Positions 37,864-47,219 of a stretch of DNA of 64,000 bases are shown one piece after another. The DNA is taken from NCBI GenBank assembly GCA_036677145.1, contig JAKFFF010000034.1:48202-112201 (forward strand), given 5' to 3'. Source of the DNA: Alcaligenaceae bacterium (GTDB lineage Bacteria > Pseudomonadota > Gammaproteobacteria > Steroidobacterales > Steroidobacteraceae). The position numbers and the translations under genes were made by a program. The notes below the pieces were generated by a model. The model was not told the origin of the DNA. It worked only from the letters and a program-made list of their open reading frames with translations, and did no database searches. Positions within the stretch are counted from its first letter, which is position 1. Every line of letters starts with the position of its first letter.

Positions 37864-38226
37864 TCAGGAAGCGGTGGGAGGAGCGCGCGCCGATTGGGCG
37901 CGAAGCAGGGAGGAAGGAAGCGAGACGGTTGGTGGCTGCACCGAATGCAGCAGCGCAACCGGCGCCGGCAGCGAGAGTCGCGGCAGGGCGAGCGGCGCGC
38001 CGAGCAGCGGCGCTACGCAGTATTCGCAATGCGGCGCGTTCGAATCATCGCCGGGGATTTCGATGACCTCGGTCTTGCCGCGCTCGTTCGAGCACACCGT
38101 CGAGGTGAACGCGAGTCCTTGCGAGGTCGGCGCGACATCCGACGGAATCAGCACACGCAACGTCAGTGCCGCGAGCACCAGCGGCAGGAAAAGGAAACGT
38201 GAATTCTTGAGTCGCGTCAGGGTCAC
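37864..38226 (-). CDS. DUF2946-like small exported protein
   Basis: GTG 38226 inside ORF 37864..38502. N-terminal hydrophobic segment FLFLPLVLAALTL, and HCEYC near the centre. It lies directly upstream of the copper receptor, the usual DUF2946 context. Confidence 0.6.
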   Translation of the reverse strand: MTLTRLKNSRFLFLPLVLAALTLRVLIPSDVAPTSQGLAFTSTVCSNERGKTEVIEIPGDDSNAPHCEYCVAPLLGAPLALPRLSLPAPVALLHSVQPPTVSLPSSLLRAQSARAPPTAS

Positions 38227-38236
38227 GAAACGCAGT

Positions 38237-39724
38237 CTAGCCGATCCGCGCGGCACCGGGCTTTCTCTCTGGCGCGGTCCGCAAATGAGCTTTTGCCGCT
38301 TCCAGGAACCGGCGCCGCGCGAAGCCGTGTTCGACGATCGGAGGCGGATAGGGGACAGCGCCCGGTGCATTCCAGGGTTCGTGGATGTACCGCGCGGGCA
38401 ACGCCGCGAGCTCCGGGATCCACGTGCGCACATAGGCGCCGTCCGGATCGAACTTCTTCCCCTGTGTGACCGGATTGAAGATCCTGAACCAGGGTTGTGC
38501 ATCGCACCCGCATCCGGCGGACCATTGCCAGCCCGCGTCGTTGTTGGCCCAGTCGCCGTCGGTGAGCAATTGCAGGTAATGACGCTCGCCGCGCCTGAAA
38601 TCGATCATCAGATGTTTGGCGAGGAAACTCGCGGCGATCATGCGCGCGCGGTTGTGCACGAAGCCGCTGGCGTTCAACTGACGGGCCGCCGCATCGACCA
38701 CTGGATAACCGGTGTGGCCGTCGACCCACGCGCGCCATCCGGCCTCATCGTCGCGCCACGGGAAGCCACGCCAGTCCGCGCGAAACGGTTCCTCGAGCAG
38801 TCCCGGCCGGTCGAACAAGGTCGAGTGCGCGAACTCGCGCCACAACAATTCGTTGTGGAACACGCGCAATGCGTCCGGCGAGAGATCGGCAAGCGCGTGT
38901 TGCGCGGTGTGCCACACGGTGCGCGGTGAAAGTGTGCCGAACTTGAGGTCCGCGGAAAGTCCGCTCGTGCCGGCAAGGTCCATGCGATTGCGCAGCTCGT
39001 CGTAGTCCTTCGCATCGCCCGCGAGCCAGCGCCGCAGCCGCGCTCGCGCATTTCTTTCGCCGCCTTCCGGTACCCGTGGATTGCGAGACAGCCCGAGTTC
39101 CCCGAGCGTCGGCAACACCGCGCCACGTGTTTTCACGTCATGAGGCAATGGTGGCAGCGAACGCGGCGCGGCCAGCGGCGGCGGAAGCGGCGCCGCTCGC
39201 GCAAACGCGCGCGCGAAGGCCGTGAACACCGAGTAGGGCTCGCCCGCGCCGGTGCGCAAACTACCCGGCGGGCGCAACGTCTCCGTATCGAAGCGTTCGA
39301 AGGGGACACGCAGCGCGGCTTCGATACGCCGGTCGCGTTCACGTCCGACCGGTGCAACCCAGCTCTGGGCGACGACACGATCCACTCGCCACAGGTTTGC
39401 GAGCCGCGGCACTTCCTCGACGCTGCGGCCCCGTACGCAGATCAGCCGTGAACCCAGGTGTTCGAGATTGGCGGCGAGCGAGGCGAGCGAATCGAGCAGG
39501 AACTGGATGCGCGTCGGCGTACGTCGCGCGGTCTCGGGCCGCAGGAAGTGTTCGTCGAGCACGAACAGCGGAATGATTTCGTCCCGCTCGTCCAGGGCGG
39601 CCCGCAGCGGCGCGTGATCCGCGACGCGCAGATCCTTGCCGCGGAACCAGACCAGTGTGCGTCGGCTTATTTGGAAACCACGCGCATCTTGCGCAGCAGT
39701 TGGCGATCGACGTACGTACGGCAA
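38237..39724 (-). CDS. phr: Deoxyribodipyrimidine photolyase (class I CPD type)
   Basis: Motifs: LVWFRGKDLRVADHAPL, TSGLSADLKFGTLSPR, WREFA, GYPVVDAAARQLNASGFVHNRARMIAASFL, DGDWANNDAGWQWSAG. The only in-frame canonical start upstream of LVWF is TTG 39724. Using it overlaps the upstream gene by 58 nt, so the start is uncertain. Confidence 0.88.
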   Translation of the reverse strand: MPYVRRSPTAAQDARGFQISRRTLVWFRGKDLRVADHAPLRAALDERDEIIPLFVLDEHFLRPETARRTPTRIQFLLDSLASLAANLEHLGSRLICVRGRSVEEVPRLANLWRVDRVVAQSWVAPVGRERDRRIEAALRVPFERFDTETLRPPGSLRTGAGEPYSVFTAFARAFARAAPLPPPLAAPRSLPPLPHDVKTRGAVLPTLGELGLSRNPRVPEGGERNARARLRRWLAGDAKDYDELRNRMDLAGTSGLSADLKFGTLSPRTVWHTAQHALADLSPDALRVFHNELLWREFAHSTLFDRPGLLEEPFRADWRGFPWRDDEAGWRAWVDGHTGYPVVDAAARQLNASGFVHNRARMIAASFLAKHLMIDFRRGERHYLQLLTDGDWANNDAGWQWSAGCGCDAQPWFRIFNPVTQGKKFDPDGAYVRTWIPELAALPARYIHEPWNAPGAVPYPPPIVEHGFARRRFLEAAKAHLRTAPERKPGAARIG

Positions 39725-40557
39725 TCGAGGATCAGGCGATCCTGGAACTGCTGCAGCTGGTGCATCCAGAACATCACGATGATGCAGGACACGAGCGCGA
39801 CGAGCGTGGCGTTGAACGTGATGCCGAGGCCCATCGTGACGCCGGAGATGTCACCACCCATCGCGCCCTGCGCTTCCTGCAGCGCGGCGCCGATGCCGCG
39901 CACCGTGCCGACGAAGCCGACCGCCGGAATGGCCCACGCGGTGAATCGCACCATCGAGAGTTTGGTGTCCATGCTCGAGGTTTCGAATTCGCACTCGTCG
40001 CGCACGGCTTCCGCGGCGTCCTGCACGCTGCGCGTGGCGCCGAAGCGGTTGTACGCGACCATGAGCAGGCGCGGCAGGAAGCTTTGCTGTTCGTCCTTGG
40101 GCAGCGCCTCGAGAGGTCGGGAATGGACGCGCGCATCCTCGGGCAAGACGACCTGCGAGTCGGCGATCTTTACGTATTCCCGGTCGAGCAGCGCTCGGCT
40201 CTTGCGCGTTTCCTGCCACTGGCGCCCGAGCAGCAGCAGCGCCCACATGCACAGCGTCACGCACAGCTGCTGTTCGTGATCCTTGAGGATGACGTAGATG
40301 GAACGCAGCTGGATGACCTGCGCCTTCACGTTGCTGGAGTTCGTGACGGTGACCCGCTGGGACAGCACCGCCTCGGCGCGCGGGCGGATGACCAGCGTCC
40401 AGATGCTGTGGATGACGATGAGCGAAAGCAGCAGAGCTGCGATGCTGTAGATCGCGTCGTCCAGTACCCAATTGGCCCGGTCCTTGCGGCGTTCGGCGGT
40501 GGTCTTGTCGACCGCTGCCCTGTCAAACGAACCGGGCGCATTGTTCTCGGTGGCCAT
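39667..40557 (-). CDS. MotA/TolQ/ExbB proton-channel family protein, with no partner gene nearby
   Basis: About 296 aa from ATG 40557; TTG 40581 is also possible. Four hydrophobic helices. The C-terminal half carries the channel signature AIPAVGFVGTVRGIGAALQEA...GLGITFNATLVALVSCIIVMFW. Confidence 0.75.
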   Translation of the reverse strand: MATENNAPGSFDRAAVDKTTAERRKDRANWVLDDAIYSIAALLLSLIVIHSIWTLVIRPRAEAVLSQRVTVTNSSNVKAQVIQLRSIYVILKDHEQQLCVTLCMWALLLLGRQWQETRKSRALLDREYVKIADSQVVLPEDARVHSRPLEALPKDEQQSFLPRLLMVAYNRFGATRSVQDAAEAVRDECEFETSSMDTKLSMVRFTAWAIPAVGFVGTVRGIGAALQEAQGAMGGDISGVTMGLGITFNATLVALVSCIIVMFWMHQLQQFQDRLILDCRTYVDRQLLRKMRVVSK

Positions 40558-40737
40558 GCAGGAAACCTGGCGGGTTGGCAAGTAGGGAGAAAAGTGTACT
40601 CGTTAGTCGAGGCGGCCCCGGTTTAAGTTCCGCCCCGTTGTGACCGGATTGTAACCGCCGCGATATTCGGGCGGCCACCGTTCTGCTGATAGCATCACCG
40701 CCGGTTTTTAGCCTCCATTCCTTGCCACGGCCCATAC

Positions 40738-42510
40738 ATGTCTATTGCGCTCGACCAAGTCACCAAGCGGTACCAGGACCAGCCGGTCGTAAACGACGTT
40801 TCAATCGAAGTGGGCGAGGGCGAGTTTTTCGTATTGCTCGGACCCTCGGGTAGCGGCAAGAGCACCCTGTTGCGGGCCATCGCCGGCCTCACGGGTATCG
40901 ATCACGGACGCATCTCGCTGCACGGCAAGGACGTCACGCACGTGCGCGCGCGCGATCGCGGGGTCGGGCTGGTGTTCCAGAACTACGCGTTGTTCCGGCA
41001 CATGACGGTGGCGGACAACATCGAATTCGCATTGCGCGTCCGGCGCATGAAGGCCGCAGAGCGGCGCGCCCGCCGCCAGGAACTGCTGAAGCTGGTCGCG
41101 TTGCAGGGCATGGACGAGCGTCTGCCCGGGCAGCTTTCCGGCGGTCAGCAGCAGCGCGTGGCCGTGGCCCGTGCGCTCGCGCACAAGCCACAGGTGCTGC
41201 TGCTCGACGAGCCTTTCGGCGCCCTGGATCTGAAGATTCGCGAAGAACTGCGGCGCACGATCCGCGCCGTGCAGCGCGAACTCGGCATCACCACCGTACT
41301 CGTCACGCACGACCAGGAAGAAGCCTTCGCGCTGGCCGACACGATCGGCGTCATGAATCACGGCCGCCTGCTCGAAGTCGGCCATCCCAACGATCTTTAT
41401 GCCCAGCCGGCGACCCGCTTCGTCGCGACCTTCCTGGGCGCGGCGAACCTGTTGCTCGCACGCCAGACCGCCGACGGCATCCGCTTCGGCACCACGCCCG
41501 TCAATGCGGAAGGCAGCGAGCCGGTGCAGGCGGGCCGCCAGCACGAGGTGGTCGCGGTACTGCGTCCCGAGGAAGTCGAGGTCGCCGAAAAGCGCGAGCA
41601 ACTTACATCGGATTTCATCGCGCGCGGTTCGGTCGAAGAGATCGTCTTCACGGGCGCGCTCGAACGCCTGCGTGTGCGCCTGCTCGACGAGCCGAGCGCG
41701 GCCCAGCTCCTCGGCAGCGGCGCGGCGGGCGATGCGCGGGTCGAAATCACGCGCACTCAGCCGGAGCGGCGCGAATTGCCCTTGAGCACCGGCACCCAGA
41801 TTGCGCTCGGCGCGCGCCGCCTGCACGTGTTGCCGACACCGATTTCGAGCTTCCTGGCCTGTGCGCCCACCGAGGCCCAGGCCGCGGAGCTTGCGAAGGA
41901 GCCCTTGCTCGAGAGTCTGTCCACGCGCATGAAGACCCGTGTCGGTTTGCGCGCGATCGATGGCCTGGTCGGCAGGCCCGACCCGTTCGCCGGTGTGGCC
42001 GCGATTGCCGCCGGCCCGGACGCGGGACCGACAGTCGAATGGCTGATCCGGCACGGCGCCGCGGAAGTGCTGGTGCTGCCGCGTAATGCGCCGAGTCCGA
42101 CGCGGGTGTTCATCCACTGGACCGACGAGGCCGTGCGCCGCGCGACGCTCGCGGTGTCGGCGAGCCTGTTGCGCCACGTGAATGCCGAGGCCGTATACCT
42201 GGGCATCGTTGCGGATGACGCAGCGAGCGCGGGACGCGCGGCGCCGATGCGCCAGCTGCTCGACGCGCGCTCCGAGGCGCACACCGATCACGGCCTGGAG
42301 ATGCGCACCGAGCTTGCGATCGGCGAGACGGTGACCGCGCTCACGCGCAATCTGTCCGCGGGTGTGACGCAGATGCTGGTGCTCGGTATCACGGAAATCA
42401 CGGAGGCCGGCAGCGCGTATAGCAGCCTGCTCGCCGCCCAACCGGGCTGGCCGGTGCTCATCGTGTATCGCCCCGCCGAAGCGCGCATCACGCCCGAGAT
42501 CGCGGCATGA
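40738..42510 (+). CDS. cysA: Sulfate/thiosulfate ABC transporter ATPase CysA with a C-terminal USP-like extension
   Basis: 590 aa. ATPase motifs: GPSGSGKST, LSGGQQQRVAVARAL, LLLDEPFGALD, followed by a CysA-type regulatory region. About 220 extra residues (nt ~41850..42510) then show a USP-like strand pattern: VLVLPR, VYLGIV, MLVLGI, PVLIVYRP. Confidence 0.85.
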   Translation: MSIALDQVTKRYQDQPVVNDVSIEVGEGEFFVLLGPSGSGKSTLLRAIAGLTGIDHGRISLHGKDVTHVRARDRGVGLVFQNYALFRHMTVADNIEFALRVRRMKAAERRARRQELLKLVALQGMDERLPGQLSGGQQQRVAVARALAHKPQVLLLDEPFGALDLKIREELRRTIRAVQRELGITTVLVTHDQEEAFALADTIGVMNHGRLLEVGHPNDLYAQPATRFVATFLGAANLLLARQTADGIRFGTTPVNAEGSEPVQAGRQHEVVAVLRPEEVEVAEKREQLTSDFIARGSVEEIVFTGALERLRVRLLDEPSAAQLLGSGAAGDARVEITRTQPERRELPLSTGTQIALGARRLHVLPTPISSFLACAPTEAQAAELAKEPLLESLSTRMKTRVGLRAIDGLVGRPDPFAGVAAIAAGPDAGPTVEWLIRHGAAEVLVLPRNAPSPTRVFIHWTDEAVRRATLAVSASLLRHVNAEAVYLGIVADDAASAGRAAPMRQLLDARSEAHTDHGLEMRTELAIGETVTALTRNLSAGVTQMLVLGITEITEAGSAYSSLLAAQPGWPVLIVYRPAEARITPEIAA

Positions 42511-42520
42511 AGAGGCCGGC

Positions 42521-43360
42521 ATGAAAAACGTCGGCCGGCGCGAGCCCAACGTCATCCCGGGATTCGGGATCACGCTGGGTTTCACCACATTCTTTCTATG
42601 CGCCATTGTGCTCATTCCACTGGCGGCCCTGGTGCTCAAGGCTGCCGGCATGGACTGGGAGCGTTTCGTCGCCGTCATCGCGAGCCCGCGCGCGCTGGCC
42701 TCATACAAATTGTCGTTCGGCGCGTCGCTGATCGCGGCGCTGGTCAACATGGTGTTCGGGTTCGCGATCGCGTGGACGCTGGTGCGCTACGACTTTCCGG
42801 GCCGCAAGATCATCGATGCCATCATCGACATGCCATTCGCGCTGCCGACGGCCGTCTCCGGCATCGCGTTGACGACGGTGTTCGCCGGAAACGGATGGAT
42901 AGGCCAGTACCTCGAGCCCCTCGGCATCCAGGTGGCGTACACGTGGATCGGCATCACGGTGGCGCTCACCCTGATCGGCATGCCGTTCGTGGTGCGCACG
43001 GTGCAACCCGCGCTCCAGGAAGTGCAGCGCGACCTGGAAGACGCCGCCGAGACACTCGGCGCCGGGCGTTTCTACGTGTTCCGCCGCATCATCGTGCCGA
43101 CGGTGCTGCCGGCGTTGCTGACCGGCTTTGCGCTCGCGTTCGCGCGCGGCGTGGGTGAATACGGTTCGGTGATCTTCATCGCCGGCAACATGCCGATGAA
43201 GACCGAGATCACGCCACTGCTCATCGTGATCCGCCTCGAGGAGTTCGACTATGCCGGCGCCGCGGCGCTGGGTGTGGTCATGCTCGCCATTTCCTTCGTG
43301 ATGCTGCTCGCCATCAACCTGTTGCAGGTGTGGGGACGCAAGCGCACCTTCGTCCGGTAG
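42521..43360 (+). CDS. cysT: Sulfate ABC transporter permease CysT
   Basis: 279 aa. Motifs PGFGITLGFT, FPGRKIIDAIIDMPFALPTAVSG, EDAAETLGAG. Confidence 0.9.
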   Translation: MKNVGRREPNVIPGFGITLGFTTFFLCAIVLIPLAALVLKAAGMDWERFVAVIASPRALASYKLSFGASLIAALVNMVFGFAIAWTLVRYDFPGRKIIDAIIDMPFALPTAVSGIALTTVFAGNGWIGQYLEPLGIQVAYTWIGITVALTLIGMPFVVRTVQPALQEVQRDLEDAAETLGAGRFYVFRRIIVPTVLPALLTGFALAFARGVGEYGSVIFIAGNMPMKTEITPLLIVIRLEEFDYAGAAALGVVMLAISFVMLLAINLLQVWGRKRTFVR

Positions 43361-43372
43361 AGGCTAACTACC

Positions 43373-44248
43373 ATGGGTGGTCCTTCCTCATACGCAGAAT
43401 TGTCCGCCGAGCTCGCCTCGCGGCCCGGCCATACCAGTATCGGCACCACGCTGGTTCGCTGGTTGCTGATCGGCACCTCGCTCGCGTTCCTGGGAGCGCT
43501 GCTCGCCGCGCCGCTGTTCGCGGTGTTCGCGATGGCGCTCGAGAAGGGCTGGAATGCCTACTTCCAGAGCTTCGCCGATCCCGACACGCGCGCGGCCATC
43601 CGCCTGACCCTGATCACCGCCGCCATCGTCGTGCCGCTCAACACGGTCTTCGGCATCACGGCCGCATGGTGCATCGCGAAGTTCGAGTTCAAGGGCAAGA
43701 GTTTCCTCATCACGCTGATCGATCTGCCGCTGGCCGTCTCGCCGGTGGTGTCGGGCCTGGTCTACGTGTTGTTGTTTGGCCTGAATGGCTGGTTCGGCGC
43801 GTGGCTGCAGGAACACGAGATCAGCATCGTGTACGCGCTGCCCGGCATCATCCTCGCCACCATGTTCGTGACCTTTCCGTACGTGGCGCGCGAATTGATT
43901 CCGCTGATGCAGCAGCTCGGCAACGACGAAGAAGAAGCCGCGATCACGCTCGGCGCCGGCGGCTGGTTCACGTTCTTCCGTGTTACGCTGCCACGCATTC
44001 GCTGGGGCCTCGTGTACGGCGTCATCCTGTGTAACGCCCGCGCCATGGGCGAGTTCGGCGCCGTCTCGGTGGTCTCCGGCAACATTCGCGGACTGACTAC
44101 CACGATGCCGTTGCACATCGAGATCCTCTACAACGAATACAACTTCGTCGGCGCCTTCGCCGTCGCGTCCATGTTGTCGATGCTCGCGGTGCTCACCCTC
44201 ATCATCAAGACGCTGGTCGAGCGCGGCACGGGATACCGGCGCAGATGA
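43373..44248 (+). CDS. cysW: Sulfate ABC transporter permease CysW
   Basis: 291 aa. Motifs FKGKSFLITLIDLPLAVSPVVSG and EEAAITLGAGGW. Paralogue of CysT. Confidence 0.9.
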   Translation: MGGPSSYAELSAELASRPGHTSIGTTLVRWLLIGTSLAFLGALLAAPLFAVFAMALEKGWNAYFQSFADPDTRAAIRLTLITAAIVVPLNTVFGITAAWCIAKFEFKGKSFLITLIDLPLAVSPVVSGLVYVLLFGLNGWFGAWLQEHEISIVYALPGIILATMFVTFPYVARELIPLMQQLGNDEEEAAITLGAGGWFTFFRVTLPRIRWGLVYGVILCNARAMGEFGAVSVVSGNIRGLTTTMPLHIEILYNEYNFVGAFAVASMLSMLAVLTLIIKTLVERGTGYRRR

Positions 44249-46317
44249 AACGCGACAGTCTCGGGTGGTGGCTCGCAGCCAGCAACGTGATCATCGTGCT
44301 GCTGGTCGCCGCGGGGCTGTCCTGGTTCGCGACCGGCATGTTGCGCGGACTGGCCGACAGTCAGCAGAAACTCCACGTGCAGCTCGCGGGCGCCAATGCC
44401 CGCGAAGAAATCACGCGCATGGCCGAGGACACGCTCACCTACGCGCGCGTGCTCGCCGATCGTCCGCCGTTGCGGCGCCTGATCTCCGAGCCCGGCCGCG
44501 AAGGTCTCACGCCTTTCCTGCGGCGCTTCTGCGAAACCAGCGAGCTCGATGCCTGCGCGGTGCTGGATGGCGCGACCGTGGTGGCGTCCACCGGCGTGGC
44601 GCTGCCGTGGCCTCAATTGCACGCCATCGCCGCGGAACAGGGCGACCGCTTCATGGCCGTGCCGCCGGGAACGCAGCATTCCGTGGTCGGCGCGGTTGCC
44701 GGCCTGCCGGGGCAGTACACCTCGTTCAGCGTCGTCGTGGTCCATCTACTCGACGACCGGCTCGCCGAGGTGCTGTCGACGCACAGCGGACTGCCGGTGA
44801 AGCTGATCAACTACCGCGCGTTCAACGCGTTGCCCGAGAACGAATTCACCTCGTTGCATTCGCAGGCATTGTCCGATGGCCGCTTCTCCGTCCAGCGCAT
44901 CAACGCGCTCGGTTTGTATGCGTCGAGTTTTCCGATCTTCTCCGGCAGCGGCGAAGGCATCGCGCTGATCGAGACGCGCGCCTCCGCGGCCGAGACGGAC
45001 CGCGCGGTGAAAGCGCTGGTGTGGCGATTCATCACCACGGCCGTGGTGTTCGCGTTGCTGGCGCTGGTCGCGGGCATCCTGCTCGGCCGGCGCATCACGA
45101 AACCCACCGAGGCGCTGACCGACGCGGCGATACGGCTGGGGCAGGGCGATTTCGCCACCTCGATCCCGACCGCGGGTCCGGCCGAGATCGGCCAGCTCGC
45201 GCGCACGATGGACGACATGCGCCGCAATCTCGTCGACCTCAATTCCGAACTGCGTCATCGCGACGCCGAAGCGCAGGTCGTGCTCGAAGCGGTGGTCGAA
45301 GGCGTGTACGCCGTCGACCAGGAGCGCAACATCCGTTACCTCAATCCGCAGGCGGCGCGGTTGCTGGGCATCGAGCCTGCCGAGGCGATCGGCAAGTTCT
45401 GCGGTGACGTACTCAAACCCTGTCCGTCGCCGGGATCGCCGGGTGGCACGCGTCCCTGCGCAACCACCGCGTGCCCGATCCTGCGCGCGCGCCAGGCGGG
45501 CAGCGCCCAGGCCGTCGAGCAATTGCAGACCCGCAGCGGCAACCGCCAGACGGTCATCACGAGCTCGCGCATCGTGAACGGCCTGCAGGTGCAGGTGATG
45601 CGCGACGAAACCGATCTCGAAGGCGTACGCCGCGCGCGCGACACGGTGCTCGCCAACGTCAGCCACGAATTCCGCACGCCGCTCGCCGCGCAGCTCGCGT
45701 CCATCGAACTACTGCGCGAAGGCCTGGCGAGCAAATCACCCGGCGAACTCACGGAGCTGGTGATGTCGCTGGAACGCGGCACGCTGCGGCTCACGCGGCT
45801 CATCGACAATCTGCTCGAAAGCGTGCGCATCGAATCCGGCCAGCTCGAGGTGCGCCGCCAGACGATCGCCATCGCGGACGTCATCGACGACGCGCGCGTG
45901 CTCGTCGAGGCGCTGCTGCATCAGCGCCACCAGTCGCTGCGGGTCGACGTTCCGGAGGAACTCACGGTGCAGGGCGATGCGCCGCGCCTCACGCAGGTGT
46001 TCGTGAACCTGCTCGCCAACGCCAGCAAATTCGCCCCGGAGGGCAGCGCCGTGCGCGTCGGCGCGCGCGCGCAGGACCCGCTGATCAGCGTGTGGGTGGA
46101 AGACGAAGGGCCGGGCGTGCCGGAAGGCGACGCGGGCAGCATATTCGAACGCTTCAAGCGCGGCGGCACGCAGGAGCCGGAGCCGGGTGGCCTGGGGCTC
46201 GGGCTGTGGATTTCGCGTTCGATCGTCGAACGCCATGGCGGTACGTTGACCACGACCCGCACCGCGGAAGGATTCACGCGCTTCACGCTCACGTTGCCCA
46301 TCGAGGCGGGTGAATGA
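44245..46317 (+). CDS. Sensor histidine kinase with a large periplasmic domain, HAMP and a Cys-rich PAS
   Basis: 690 aa. ATG overlaps the cysW stop (ATGA). A periplasmic region of about 250 aa lies between two TM helices, followed by HAMP. The PAS module carries FCGDVLKPCPSPGSPGGTRPCATTACPIL (4 Cys, nt 45400..45474). HisKA: SHEFRTPL. HATPase: DEGPGVP, GLGLGLWIS. Confidence 0.88.
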   Translation: MKRDSLGWWLAASNVIIVLLVAAGLSWFATGMLRGLADSQQKLHVQLAGANAREEITRMAEDTLTYARVLADRPPLRRLISEPGREGLTPFLRRFCETSELDACAVLDGATVVASTGVALPWPQLHAIAAEQGDRFMAVPPGTQHSVVGAVAGLPGQYTSFSVVVVHLLDDRLAEVLSTHSGLPVKLINYRAFNALPENEFTSLHSQALSDGRFSVQRINALGLYASSFPIFSGSGEGIALIETRASAAETDRAVKALVWRFITTAVVFALLALVAGILLGRRITKPTEALTDAAIRLGQGDFATSIPTAGPAEIGQLARTMDDMRRNLVDLNSELRHRDAEAQVVLEAVVEGVYAVDQERNIRYLNPQAARLLGIEPAEAIGKFCGDVLKPCPSPGSPGGTRPCATTACPILRARQAGSAQAVEQLQTRSGNRQTVITSSRIVNGLQVQVMRDETDLEGVRRARDTVLANVSHEFRTPLAAQLASIELLREGLASKSPGELTELVMSLERGTLRLTRLIDNLLESVRIESGQLEVRRQTIAIADVIDDARVLVEALLHQRHQSLRVDVPEELTVQGDAPRLTQVFVNLLANASKFAPEGSAVRVGARAQDPLISVWVEDEGPGVPEGDAGSIFERFKRGGTQEPEPGGLGLGLWISRSIVERHGGTLTTTRTAEGFTRFTLTLPIEAGE

Positions 46318-46991
46318 AGATCCTGGTCGCCGATGACGATCTGGACCTGCTGGGCCTCGTGGCCTATTCGCTGTCGCAGGCGGGTTATCTCATCGTGAAG
46401 GCCAGCGATGGTCCCGGCGCGCTCGCGACCTTCGACGCCGAATCGCCGGACCTGGTGATACTCGACATCAACATGCCGGGGACGTCCGGCTTCGAGGTGT
46501 GCACGGCGATCCGCGCGCGCGGCGACGTTCCCGTGATGATGCTCACGGCGCGCGGCGAGGAGCAGGATCTCGTGAAAGCGCTCGAGCTCGGCGCTGACGA
46601 CTATCTCACCAAGCCCTTCAGTCCGAAGACGCTGCTCGCGCGCGTGAAAGCACTGCTGCGGCGCGCGAGTGCGGACCGGGCGCATGCGCCGCTGACCGCG
46701 GGCCGCGTCACACTCGACCTCGAGAACTACAACGTGCGCATCGGCGACGGTGCGCCCATCGCCTTGACCAAGCTCGAACTGCGGTTGCTGCAAATGCTGC
46801 TGGCGCAGGCGGGCCGGGCGGTGAATTCCGATCGGCTGCTCGTCCAGGTGTGGGGACATCGCGGTTCCGGCGACCGCCAGCTGCTGAAACAGCTCGTGCA
46901 CCGGCTCCGCCACAAGATCGAAGCCAATCCGGCGGTGCCGCAGCTGCTGCAGACGGCGGCCCCCTCCGGCTACAAATTGGTTGTTGAATAG
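46314..46991 (+). CDS. OmpR-family response regulator
   Basis: 225 aa. ATG overlaps the kinase stop (ATGA). Motifs KILVADDD, DINMPGTSG, TKPF. A winged-helix C-terminus follows. Confidence 0.9.
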   Translation: MKILVADDDLDLLGLVAYSLSQAGYLIVKASDGPGALATFDAESPDLVILDINMPGTSGFEVCTAIRARGDVPVMMLTARGEEQDLVKALELGADDYLTKPFSPKTLLARVKALLRRASADRAHAPLTAGRVTLDLENYNVRIGDGAPIALTKLELRLLQMLLAQAGRAVNSDRLLVQVWGHRGSGDRQLLKQLVHRLRHKIEANPAVPQLLQTAAPSGYKLVVE

Positions 46992-47219
46992 TTAGGGTAA
47001 GCGAGACGCTGGAGCACACGCGCCCGGGTGCAATCGCGAGATCCTGGCGGCGGCATGCGCGGCGCTCCGCGTTTGTTCGACGCGCGACGGAACTCTCTTG
47101 TCGGTGAAGCCGACGGATGCGCCTTCCGGGTGCGCACATCGACCATGCAAGCCCTGGCGCCGCGCGGACCGGACGGCTGACCTGCTAGTCTTGCGCCCCC
47201 GTATGTCGCCCGAGAATCC

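Noticed and set aside
40801-42750. 649-aa minus-strand ORF over cysA and cysT
   Set aside because: It is antisense to ABC transporter genes that have Walker and signature motifs.
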